NCBI GenBank assembly: GCA_951406725.2
Contig: OX597832.1
Span: 39,866,001-39,930,000 of the forward strand
Source of the DNA: Octopus vulgaris
Lineage: Eukaryota
Direction: 5' to 3'
DNA length: 64,000 nt
Under the pieces are notes generated by a model. The model did not search any database. It worked only from the letters and a program-made list of their open reading frames with translations, and was not told the origin of the DNA. This document shows, in pieces, positions 38,609 to 50,358 of the stretch (the stretch's first letter is position 1; each line of letters begins with the position of its first letter). The position numbers and the translations under genes were made by a program.

Positions 38609-38833
38609 TCTTTACTACCCACAAAGGGCTAAACACAGAGGGGATAAACAAGGACAGACAAACGGATTAAGTCGATTACATTGACCCCAGTGCGTAACTG
38701 GTACTTATTTAATCGACCCTGAAAGGATGAAAGGCAAAGTCGACCTCGGCGGAATTTGAACTCAGAACGTAACGGCAGACGAAATACGGCTAAGCATTTC
38801 ACCCGGCGTGCTAACGTTTCTGCCAGCTCGCCG
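38609..38833 (-). mobile_element. SINE B
   Basis: Near-full-length match to other copies. Confidence 0.9.
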
Positions 38834-39037
38834 TCACACATATAACATACACACAACATGCACACACACACTCACTAACATAGATACATGTGTGTGTATA
38901 TATATATACCAATAACATACTGAAAAAGTCAACACTACCGATTATCTATAATCCTCTCTATTAACATAAAGAAAGCCTTACAAATGGACAGAATAACTAC
39001 TGTTGTTATTTTTGCTGGTGTTGCTGTTTTTGTTGCA

Positions 39038-39072
<35 letters not shown>

Positions 39073-39752
39073 CTAGTCAAACTAGACATATGTCAGCAGC
39101 CTTTCTCACAACTCGATCTCTCTCTCTCTTTTTCTCTCTCCTCCTGCTTTTCCTCAAGTGAAATTATTATATATATCTGCTGGGGGCAATTGCAAACTAA
39201 TCACAAATCGATGGTAGTGGTGGGCGAGGGCGGATGGGAAGGGTGGCTATGTTCAGTAGTTATAACCACCACCACCACCACCACCACCGCCACCACCACC
39301 ACCATCACCACCACTACCACCACCACCACACCACATCCACCACCACCACAACCACCAATACCACCGCCACCACCACCCCTGCTGCTGCCACCACTACCAC
39401 CGCCATGATTCAACCAACCACCAAGAACTGACTGACTGATTGACTGACCTTAACCTGAAGCGGTGGTTCATTGGTGAGGACAATGAAAGCTGAAGCATGG
39501 TGGTGCGGTGTGGTGGCGTGGCGTGGTGGCATGGTGGTGGTGTTGGTGATGGTTTATTAATGGCTGATCAATTTGTGGTGTCATGGTGACCAGCACCAAA
39601 AACTGTAAACAAAGCAGATTGTAGTGAAGGTCATTAGGTTGGCAGGTCAACTGTAAATATTGCCTGAGAACAAACACACTGAGCGATCAATAGATGGGGA
39701 GCCGGTCACTCAACCAGCTAGAAATAGCAGCTATATTTCCTTAACTTATACC

Positions 39753-39982
39753 CATTTCTTTATTACCCACAAGGGGCTAAACAGAGGGGACAAACAAGGA
39801 CAGACAAAGGGATTAAGTCGATTACATTGACCCCCAGTGCGTAACTGGTACTTAATTTATCAACCCCGAAAGGATGAAAGGCAAAGTCGACCTCGGCGGA
39901 ATTTGAACTCAGCCGTAACGGCAGCCGAAATACCGCTAAGCATCTCGCCGGCGTGCTAACGTTTCTGCCAGCTCGCCGCCTT
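39753..39982 (-). mobile_element. SINE B, 3' part of a tRNA-SINE chimera
   Basis: Full-length match to other copies; shares one TSD with the upstream tRNA. Confidence 0.9.
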
Positions 39983-39992
39983 AAAATATCAA

Positions 39993-40074
39993 TGTCGCTG
40001 ATAGGATTCGAACCTATGTGGGGAGACCCCAATGGATTTCTAGTCCATCGCCTTAACCACTCGGCCACGACGAC
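39993..40074 (-). tRNA. tRNA-Ser-AGA: tRNA-Ser(AGA), 82 nt, probably a retro-pseudogene
   Basis: GTCGTCGTGGCCGAGTGGTTAAGGCGATGGACTAGAAATCCATTGGGGTCTCCCCACATAGGTTCGAATCCTATCAGCGACA: D arm, ATGGA/TCCAT anticodon stem with AGA, long GGGG/CCCC variable arm, ATAGG/CCTAT T arm; C6:A67 mismatch and A73. Confidence 0.9.
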
Positions 40075-40369
40075 ACCTTAACTTATACCTTTCAAGTTTT
40101 TTTTTTTTTAAATGACTAATAGGGACAGACATGGCTGTGTTGTAAGATGCTTGCTTCCCAATCACATGGTTCCAAGTTCAGTCCCACTGCATGGCACCTT
40201 GGGCAAGTGTCTTCTATACAAAGAATGATATTTGTTTGCTGACAAGCACCTTCGTTAATTAGTATTTAGTAGTAGACACATTCAGGTATTTCAGTACAGT
40301 TATCAGCGAAGGGGGATATTTCTAGAGCGGCAGAAGTAAAGGTCACTTCCTTCTATCATAGGTCAACAT

Positions 40370-40580
40370 TTCTCATAGCACCAACAGACAAAATGGAAAA
40401 GGTGTTACCTCAGAGGACAGCGAGGGAGATGCGCTGACTCACATAGCTTACACTTGCAGACAGCCATCTCTGCTCTGATAGTGGTGAGCAGGGATATGGT
40501 CTTTGCATCAAGAATGCCAAAGGTCCCAACTGCCAAAGGCTTGATCATAAACCTGTCAGAGAGCAACCAATATCTTGACT
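40370..40580 (-). pseudogene. CRE-like (RLE) LINE C-terminal fragment nested in a SINE A
   Basis: Frameshifted RY..LSDRFMIKPLAVGTFGILDAKTISLL..I...SQRISLAVL*GN fits the QRxSxAxxRGN C-terminus; homologous fragment at ~58150-58380. Confidence 0.6.
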
Positions 40581-41046
40581 TTGGCCTCAGGTGAACCAAA
40601 GCCTTGTGAGTGGAATTGGTAGATGGAAACTGAAAGAAGCCCATAGTATGTGTGTGTGTGTGTGTGTGTGTATGTCTTTGTTTGTCCCCCACTACCAGTG
40701 TTGGTGGGTTTACGTTCCTGTAACTTAGCAGTTTGGCAAAAAAGACTGAAAGAATAAGTACCAGGCTAAAACGATAATAATAATTACTGGGGTTGATTTG
40801 TTCAACTAAACAAAAATTTTTCAAGGTGGCACTCCAGCATGGCCACAGTCTAATGACTGAAACAACTAAAAGATAAAAGATAACAGATATACAAAAAGAA
40901 TGGAAGGATGTAGCAACCATGACCGGAATCTCATTGATCTTAGGTTTGTTTGATCAGAGTTGATCAATAAATCTAGCATTAATAAAGGAACTTCGATGTG
41001 ATTGTCTCATCCACTTGAAATATTGGCTCCAATTACAAGGTCAGCT

Positions 41047-41129
41047 TTGGTACAAGGTCAGCTAGTTTGGTACAAGGTCAGCTAGTTTGGTACAAGGTCA
41101 GCTAGTTTGGTACAAGGTCAGCTAGTTTG
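41047..41129. repeat. 20-bp tandem repeat (TTGGTACAAGGTCAGCTAGT) x4 amplified from a SINE B2 tail
   Basis: Direct inspection; unit resembles TTGGCACAAGGTCAGCAAGT at 41341. Confidence 0.85.
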
Positions 41130-41774
41130 TGAGAAGTGGGTTAGTCAATTACATCAACTCCAGTGCTCAACAGATACTTATTTTATTGCCTCCAGAAGGG
41201 ATGAAATGCAAAATCGACCTCAGTGGAATTTGAACTCAGAATGTAAAGACAGACGAAATGTCACTAAACATTTTACCCAGTCTGTGAATGATTCTGCCAC
41301 CTTGCCACCTTTGACCCATTTGAAGTAATGATTTCAAATTTTGGCACAAGGTCAGCAAGTTTGGGGGCTGGGTAAGTTGATAACATTGACCCCCTTTGCT
41401 TAACAGGTACTTTTTCCGTCAACCCCGAAAAGATGAAAAGCAAAGTCAACCTCAGCAGAATTTGAACTCAGAACATAAAGACGAATGATATTCCACTAAG
41501 CATTTTGCCTGGTGTGCTAACAATTCTATCAGTCCATTGTCTTTGATGCCCTTGAAAATAATAACAACAGTTATAGTACTTCACATCTCCTGTTAGAACA
41601 TATACACACTTTTTGTTAGATCATGGTTTTGAACCATTCCTTTGATCAGACACCAAAACAATAATGTGAGAACACCTTGCCTTGGGCCTGCAGATCCTGA
41701 TGGAGTCACAGCTCCTGATGGAGTCACTGGAGTGCCATCATAACATACAGCATGTTTTGGGAATTTTTAAAACT

Positions 41775-42050
41775 CAGCCTCGCCTGGCCTCCATGCCGGT
41801 GGCATGTAAAAAGCACCATCTGAGGGTGGCCGTTCGCCAGCCTCGTCTGGCACCTGTGTCGGTGGCACGTAAAAAGCACCCACTATACTCACAGAGTGGT
41901 TGGCGTTAGGAAGGGCATCCAGCTGTAGAAACACTGCCAGATCAGACTGGAGCCTGGTGCAGCCTCCTGGCTTCCCAGACCCCAGTTGAATCGTCCAACC
42001 CATGCTAGCATGGAAAGCGGACGTTAAACGATGATGATGATGATGATGAT
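41775..42050 (+). mobile_element. Family C copy
   Basis: Match to other copies, (GAT)n tail. Confidence 0.85.
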
Positions 42051-42589
42051 TCAATCCCTCTCCAGATCTACTTCAAGTGGAGAGAGTGAGAGAGAGAGAG
42101 AGAGAGAGGGGGGGTTGAGGAGGAATCAATGCAGTACATGACAGGTACTTTCCAATCCTGAAAAGACAAAAGGTAAACTTGAACTCACAGAACAGAGAGC
42201 AAAAAAATATTGCAAGGCATTATATCTGACACCCTGGCAATTCTGTCATTTTCCCACCTTAATGGGTAAATACCTGAATTCAAAAATCTCAGGGCCTCCC
42301 GAACAAACATCATAAACATGCTGTTAAAAACGTCTTTGGCTTGAAGGAATCATTGTTTTTATCAGAAGCTAAAACTCATGCCAACAGCATTGAGTTCTCA
42401 GAATCGGGAACCTGAACAAAATCATCAGAAGTACAATCATAGCCATGTGGTTAAGAAGATTGCTTTGTAACTGCATGATACTGGGTTCAATATCAAGTGG
42501 CAACTGCTGCAAGAATTTCTACAGTTGACTTGAGTAGATTCAGTGGGTTGCCCAATATCTGCTGAATAATGTAGTTTTAAGTATATTAA

Positions 42590-42811
42590 CCCTTTCATTA
42601 CCGTATTTATTTTGAGATGCTCTGTGTTTCATTCAATTAATTTTGAATATAACAAAGAATTTAGTAAAAGAACTTAGTTATCATTAAACTAGTGTTGGGA
42701 ACATAAATTGTGACTAAGGTTTGGTGGAAGATTTTAATTCAATACTTATGAAAGTAAGATATTTGTACTACAGACCCAGAGGCGGTTTTGGCTGGGTTGG
42801 TATCAAAAGGG
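42590..42811. mobile_element. Second TTAA-target MITE family
   Basis: TTAA|CCCTTTCATTACC...GGTATCAAAAGGG|TTAA. Confidence 0.75.
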
Positions 42812-44039
42812 TTAAATAGTTTGGTCATGGTTGGAATGCTTTTTATCATAGGTCTGTTCAATTAGTTTTGACTGTGGCTAAGCAGAGAATAACAACAAGA
42901 ATATTTACTGAAAAATTTTTTCAGAAATTTTATTAGAATGACAAAGCAAAGATTAAGCTTATCCGATTCACTTAAAAAAAAATAACAATTTGAATATTCA
43001 ACAATTATCTGAAAATTTACTTTTAATTAATTCCTACTTTTCAACAAACTATTTTTTAATTAAATCTTGTATCACTTAATTATAAGGTGGTCCGGATTGA
43101 ATTAAAATTTAAAATGTATTTTTATGTAGTGGTTGATATATTTTCTTAAAATTTTTTTTATGCAGTCATATATTTTTTTATAAATTTTTTTAATACACTA
43201 GTCTTTAAATTATTCACTATCATTCTTTCTTTCTTTCTTTCTTTCTTTGTGCACTTTATAATTTAGATAATGTTAAGATAATGAAACTAATACTAGTAAC
43301 ATTTACTAGTAAAGACAGCAGCAACAACAACAATAATAATAATAATAATCCCAACAATGGAATTTGAAACTAAATGAGAATATAGGAAATTAATGATTGG
43401 GTTGATTATTTCCTGGTTATATGGACAGACTCCATCTAATTGGCATTTTGTGAGCGAGTGCATAGGTATGAAAGAGTGTAAATGTGTGTGTGTACGTGTA
43501 CGTGTGTGTGTGTGTGTGTGTGCATACATATGTAAAATACAAAGGCAGCTATAAGCAATATAAAACCAAAAAAAGGAAGAATTCAGTTTTAAAACCAAAA
43601 CAGGAAGAATTCAGTTTTCACTAATTGTGACTGACAGTGCAGGGCAGCACCTACGTTGCTAGAAATAAGAGGTAAGAACCCTCTTAGCTACAAAGAAACT
43701 CAAGTCTATGTACTGACAGGGGCATTAACCACCCCACAGTGAGCAAAATCATCATATTAAAATTCTAATTTCACTTGTAATTCAAGCTCTTCAGTGATGA
43801 CTTCTCCATTACTGAATGGTTTGGCCCCAAATACCAGCTGCCAGTATATAGTATTTACCATATGAATCAGTTGGTGGTTCAGCAAAATGGTAATGTGAAG
43901 ATTAAAAAGTAACAAAGGTTTGGGTTGGACGGTTTGGCAGGAGCTGGCCAGGTAGAATGCTACACCAGGCTATTGTGTCTGTTTTGGGATGGGTTATACA
44001 ACTAGAGGCCCCCCGCTAACACCAACCACTCCAAAGTCA

Positions 44040-44656
44040 GTCATTCTGGTGGTTTACTGTCTGCTCAATGTCAAACTCCTTTTCATCAGTGAGCACCATG
44101 TTGGGCAGCATGCCTTCAGCAATCTGATGCAGGATAAGACGACTTCTCTCCAGCTTCATGGTCTTAAAAACTTGCATGAGCTCATGACAACAGATCATCT
44201 TGTAGGGGTGGGCCCTAAGATCCTCCTTCAGCACTCAATACATTGATATTTGACCTATTTTTGCTGTAGCAGCCAGTTTTATGATGGAGCAATGAGGATT
44301 TTGCTGTATCTTTTCTCTGGTACTTTTGATAAGCTGAGGGGCCCACACACTTCTTTTTCAGCCATGTCCAGGTCAATTAGTGGTGGAACTGGTCACTTGA
44401 AATTTCTCAACAATTTTCCAGACTGTTCTATGGTTGATTTTAAGCTTTTTTTGCTATAGCTGTATTACCTTTGCCTCCTTTGTGGAAGGTTATGATTGTA
44501 TTTCTGTTGTATAGCCATTATCTAATTTATAAATCTGAATTTATTTAGTCTGAAACAAAAAGTCACACTAAGCTTTTATAACGATGTATAATTTTCATAT
44601 CACATTTATTGATAGTTATTAAAGCCCAAAACTTTGGTTGCCTTAATTTCCTTGTA
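44040..44656 (-). pseudogene. Truncated Tc1/mariner transposase, N-terminal half, maT(DD37D)-like
   Basis: LKEDLRAHPYKM..HEL..KLERSRLIL..MVLTDEKEFDIEQTVNHQND (first catalytic D motif); only one end is present. Confidence 0.65.
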
Positions 44657-44834
44657 TATGTGACGGCCTTCTTTCACTTTCTATCTACCAAAATCTACTC
44701 ACAAGGCTTTGGTCAGCTCAAGTCTATAGTAGAAGACATTTGCACAGTGTACCACAGTGAGACTGAACCCAGAACCATCTGATTAGGAAGCAAACTTCTT
44801 ACCACACAGCCATGCCTGTGCATACATACATACA

Positions 44835-45170
44835 TGTGCCAGTGGCACGTAAAAGAACCATCCGAACGCGGCCGTTGCCAGCACCGCCTCGACTGGCCTC
44901 CATGCTGGTGGCACGTAAAAAGCACCAACCAATCGTGGCCGTTGCCAGCCTCGCCTGGCACCTGTGACGGTGGTACGTAAAAAGCACCCACTACACTCAC
45001 GGACTGGTTGGCGTTAGGAAGGGCATCCAGCCGTAGAAACACTGCCAGATCAGACTGGAGCCTGGTGCAGCCTTCTGGCTTCCCAGATCCCTGGTCGAAC
45101 CGTCCAACCCGTGCTAGCATGGAAAACGGACGTTAAAAGATGATGATGATGATGATGATTATGATGATGA
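44835..45170 (+). mobile_element. Family C copy
   Basis: Match to other copies. Confidence 0.85.
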
Positions 45171-45313
45171 TACATACATACAAATTTGCACATATACATA
45201 CATACAAAAATACCCTGTTGAAATTCCAAGGAGCCTTGAGTCTGGGTTAGAAACCAGCTCTTTCTCTATTGGCAAGAAATCTTGAAATAAAACTGAATAA
45301 TGGCATGCATATC

Positions 45314-45483
45314 ATTTGATAACAGTTTGACTCAGCTTCAGGCAACTAAAAAGTTTCGTAGGCATGTAGAACAAATCTAGTTCATCAGTCATTAAGGTCT
45401 CCGAATGCCTGGCAACCAAGGTTTGTTCAATGAGCCAATGAAACTTTTAAGCTGTACGGAGCTGAGTCAAACTGTTGTTAAAT
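45314..45483. repeat. Imperfect palindrome / foldback MITE
   Basis: ATTTGATAACAGTTTGACTCAGCTTC..AAAAGTTTC versus GAAACTTTT..GGAGCTGAGTCAAACTGTTGTTAAAT. Confidence 0.7.
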
Positions 45484-46949
45484 AATACGTGTAACTCCAA
45501 CCGAGAGGATTGAGTGCCACTCTCTTTCATTGGTCCATTCCCTCGGATATAGGATAGATAGAGATAGGGAGAGAGAGAGAGTGGGAGATAGATAGATAGA
45601 TAGATAGAGTGAGAGATAGTGAAAGAGAGAGAGAAACAGTATATCAAATAGTTATAGTAACTGGTCAGAATGTTAGCGTTGGTGACGCATCAAATATCGC
45701 CATCAGATGGTGTCGATACCTCTTCAGACACGCTTGAAACGGACAGGAATGTTCAGACCAGTTGTATATATGTATTTGACGAAATAAAATCATATCTGTT
45801 CTGTCACATCTACTGAGTGTCCTATTGTTTCTGACATAGCTGTATGTGAGTGAGTATGTCAGTGTGTGCGTGAGAGTACATGAGGGCACAGGGTTTCGTT
45901 TATCTCTCTCTTTTCCTCCCTTGTCTTTTATCTACTGATCCTTTTTCTCTCTTTTCTTTCCACATTCCTCCCCGCTCCTCTGAATCCCTCTCTCTCCGTA
46001 TTTTTCTCCTCCACCCTAAATTCCACTACACTCTCTCTATCTGGGACTTCTGTATATCGCCAAATTACTTCCAGCACTCTCCACTCCTTTCCTTTCCTTT
46101 GCTTCACAACTCCCACCTCCTCACATTTCTTCCCTCTTTTGACCTCCAACTTCACTTTTATCACTCACCACTGCCATTGCTCTCCCTCCTCGTTTCTCTA
46201 TTTTCACGATCTTTTCCACTCGACGTTCGTCTCTATTAGTCTCTCCATTTTCTCTCTTATAATTTCGATTACTCTTCACTCCTATGTTCTACAAACCATT
46301 CCTTCCTCTCTCTCTCTGTCACTCCCTGTCACTTTCCCTCCACCTCCAGCTGTATTCTATCTCCACCTCCACCTCTGTCTTCGTGTATCACCAAAATTCA
46401 CCTCCAAATAATTAAGTTGTGGAGGTGGGAGAAATCCGAAGGTGAAGAGAAAGGAAGGAGGAGAAGATTGGAGGAAGAGTAAGAGTAGTGACAATCGGGA
46501 GAACTCGCTATCAATCTCCTGCTTTTCTCCCTCTATCTACTCCCCCATATATTATTATCTTCCATTTAACTTCCTTCTTAACTCTCCCTCTAATTCACTA
46601 TATTTTTTCCTTTTCTCCTTTTCTTTTCTCACCCTTCCTCCTGCATCCTACTATACAAATACTTTTGCTCTCATAATTTCCCTCCCCTTCCTCCCCTTCA
46701 TTTCTTGCCTGCCTCCTCCCCTTCACTTGCTTTCCTCCCCTATTCACTTCTTTCCTTCCTCCCTTCACTTCTTGCCATCCTCCCCTATTCACTTCTTGCC
46801 TTTCCTCCTCACCTTCACTTCTTTCCTTCCTCCCGCTTCACTCCTTGCCTTCCTCCTCCCTTTCACTTCTTGCCTACCTCCTCCCCTTCACTTCTTGCCT
46901 ACCTCCTCCCCTTCACTTCTTGCCTTCCTCCTCCCCTTCCTCACTCCAT

Positions 46950-47239
46950 CTCCACCTTCGTGCTCGCCCGCCGTCTTTCAACTACGCTTCTTCTTCTCCT
47001 ACTTGCTGTCTCTCTCACTCTCTCTCACTCGCTCGCTCGCTGATCGATGATCGGGATCGAAACCGGAGAAAACCGAAGAATGCCGGGCTGCCAGTCGTAA
47101 CCGTGTTCGTCACTTTCCGCCGACCACCGCCACTGCGTACATCTCAGTTGTTGTTCGTAACGTCAGCCATCATCATCAAAGTTTTTCTTTTGGGACAACA
47201 AGGGAGGAGGAATTTCATTTAAGTCGTCCTCTGTTGGAG
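46950..47239 (+). promoter_or_regulatory. Candidate promoter and non-coding first exon of a host gene
   Basis: Local CpG enrichment after a long pyrimidine tract, unique sequence, consensus donor GAG|GTAAGT at 47239/47240; start position is a guess. Confidence 0.55.
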
Positions 47240-48480
47240 GTAAGTTAAACAAAACCCACATCGATGTAACCTATGGACCCATTGCCCATACCATATATGC
47301 TTCTATACCGTAAATATATCTCTATGTGTGTCTAGGGTCGGGTTTAATGTATGTCTTTTATTGGTTTCGAAGCTGATGTTTCACTTCCTCGGAATTTATG
47401 GACATTTGTAAAACCATATCAGCTTCCGACGAACGAGTAAACTCTGCTGCAGATATATTCATTGCTTATTTCGTCTCATTTGTAAACGTTTGTGTGCCTT
47501 TATATACGTATATATATTTATATGTGTGTGTGTGTGTGTGTATAGATACATGGCGTTGCTCCAACATGGCCACGAACATGATTGCTAAACCAAGGTAAAA
47601 GAATCGTCGCATACATAAATATATGTATGTATGTATATATATATATAGATATGCGCATAAACATAGAATGTTTGTGCAAAATGTGTTTCATACGTATGTT
47701 ATATATATATATGTATATATAACATACGTAGGTGTGTGTGTGTATATATATATATATCTATATATATGTGTGTGTGTGTATATATATATATATATCTATA
47801 TATGTGTGTGTATAACATTATTTTTAAGGCATGTTTATGTAATACATATGTGGGAGTCTATTAATACTTATATAACGTTATATATATACACACTATAGTT
47901 TATATATATATATATATACTGTATAGTTTTTATATATATATATATATATACTGTATAGATTATATATATATATATACTGTATAGATTATATATATATATA
48001 TACTGTATAGTTTATTTATATATACTGTATAGATTATATATATATACTGTATATATTATATATATATATATATACACTGTATAGTTTATTTATATATACT
48101 GTATAGATTATATATATTATATATACTGTATAGTTATATATATATATATATATATATACATTGTATAGTTTATATGTATATATATATATGAAAATGATGA
48201 GAAAACACAGGAGGTGGGGCCACGCTAGTGTAGGTATGCCTCTGTGTGTGTATATATATATATATATAGTTCTCTGTATCAGTTTATGTGTGTGTGTGTG
48301 CAAAAAAGCCACGAATCTCATCGCCAATTCTCTGGAGATGACAATCTGTGTTGACATCCTTGTATGACTTGTTTAATCTTCACCATCATGCTACCTACAT
48401 CTTTCCTTTTCTTTGTCTCTTTTTTTCCCTCTCATGTTTGTGTGTATGTATACACACACACACACACACATTATATATAT

Positions 48481-48513
<33 letters not shown>

Positions 48514-48655
48514 GCCACTCTTGAAGCCGTGGGCCTCATTTGAGCAGTGTTACATATTTTCTGAGCATGTCTATTGCCTGTATTATATATATAACATACA
48601 CACTCACTTTTTGCTAAACGTTTCTAATACAAAATGCTCTGTGTGTGTATATATT

Positions 48656-48705
<50 letters not shown>

Positions 48706-49697
48706 TTGTTTGTGTGTGTATTGTGTGTTTTGCTCTGCTTCATTTAAAACTTCAACTCATCTCGAAGCCTAAATTACAAAATTTCTATGAAACCATATAC
48801 TTTGGTCGACTTGCTAGAAACAGCAACTAAATTTTTGTAAAAGGAAGAATACATTGGCTGATGTAATTTTAGATAAATGAGAAGAGATGGGCACTGCTGG
48901 ATTGTTTGCCCGTAGGTGTACTTGTAATCAGAGCAGCCGTGGAGGGGAGGGGGGGCGATGGTGGGACTTTGTGTTAGCGACCCGTCGTCATCACCTTAAA
49001 ATTCCTGCAATCAGACTAGACCAAGATCGTGTCCAAATTATTCGGATAACAATCAGCAATTCGTGCTGACGATGGAAATATCGATAGGACGTTGTTTTAT
49101 TAATGACAGAATTGATCGATCGGATAAATAGATGATAATGATTGCATTTTAGATGTTACAGTTTAGCCCCAGGTCAACCCTGATTTTTGTGTTCGTTGAC
49201 AGAATCTCTGCCGAAAGCGAAGTTGACTTTGAGATTTGAGCGTAGGATATAAAGGAGAACAACTAAATCCGCTTGACTCATAACCAAAAGCAACCCATGC
49301 GTGACCCTCTCGTTCTTTTAGGAATATATTTAAGACTACATACCTTTTATAGGTCCTTTTCTTTTAACGGTTATTTGGCTACTATTTCTAGCAAGTCATT
49401 TGACCAAGGAAGATGTTAAATTTAGTGGTCAATTCTTGTCTTGTAGTCTACCTATTAAACAAGTGTTGACTTAGCATCCTATATTTATATATATTTAGAT
49501 TGTAAATTGTATTTCTCTATTTAATTTGTTGTTTGTGTATATATATATATATATATATACATACACACATGCGTGAAACCAATTGGTAAGAACAGCCGTG
49601 ATGGATATTTAATATATTTCGGATAATATATATATGCATGTATATATGTATGTGTCTGTGTGTGTATATATATATATATATGTATGTATGTATATAT

Positions 49698-50080
49698 TGT
49701 TGGCCTCCTTTTGTCTCGGGAGACAATGGAGTTGCGCATAAGCTGATCCAATCCGGTTTTTACATTTCATTTCCTCTCCAGTTTTGTGCAGGCCTGGGCT
49801 GGATGTAAGAAAGTCCTGGGTAGCCCAATCGTCAGGGATCCTCTCTCGACCTTACTGACGTAGTCCAAAGGAGTGCAGAGCATTACGTTTGGCACCAGCT
49901 TGGTTGCAGGAGCCGCTGGAAGAGTCTCGAGTCGAACACTAAACCACCTACGGGGCTCCACTCCGGATTTCTTTGAAGGTTGTCTCCTTTCCGTAATCCT
50001 GGGTAGGGGCCCATATCGGGTACTGTCAGCCAGAGCCAGCTGAGCCCGGGACTCGTGTCAGGCAGGGTTGTCACTCCCTG
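49698..50080 (-). mobile_element. Short non-autonomous RTE-derived element (5'UTR-like part fused to a 3' tail)
   Basis: Minus strand AAATCCGGAGTGGAGCCCC..CAACCAAGCTGGTGCCAAACG..CCTTTGGAC..; ends CCATTGTCTCCCGAGACAAAAGGAGGCCAACAA, an RTE-type stem-loop tail; recognised from memory of RTE UTRs. Confidence 0.5.
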
Positions 50081-50112
50081 AAGTAGTGAAGAAAATCGCT
50101 ACCCACTACCTA

Positions 50113-50143
<31 letters not shown>

Positions 50144-50358
50144 GTGGGTGTATGTATATGCATATGTACATATGTGTGTGTATATATGTGTATCCATACA
50201 TATGTGTGTGTATATATATATATATATATGCAAATATATGTGTGTATGTATATATACACACATGTATAAAGTACAAGTTTTTTTTATTAAATACACTTTT
50301 CATTCTACGTTCAAATGTATTGAACTCCTTAATGCTAAACCGATAATTCACATATATA

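Noticed and set aside
39718-39732. GCTAGAAATAGCA, identical to part of the Cas9 sgRNA scaffold
   Set aside because: Only 13 nt, flanks do not match, and the motif recurs as an endogenous dispersed repeat
45880-47050. Hydrophobic Leu/Ser/Phe/Pro ORFs upstream of the CpG-rich exon
   Set aside because: Produced by a pyrimidine-rich low-complexity tract with CCTCCTCCCCTTCACTTCTTG-like repeats
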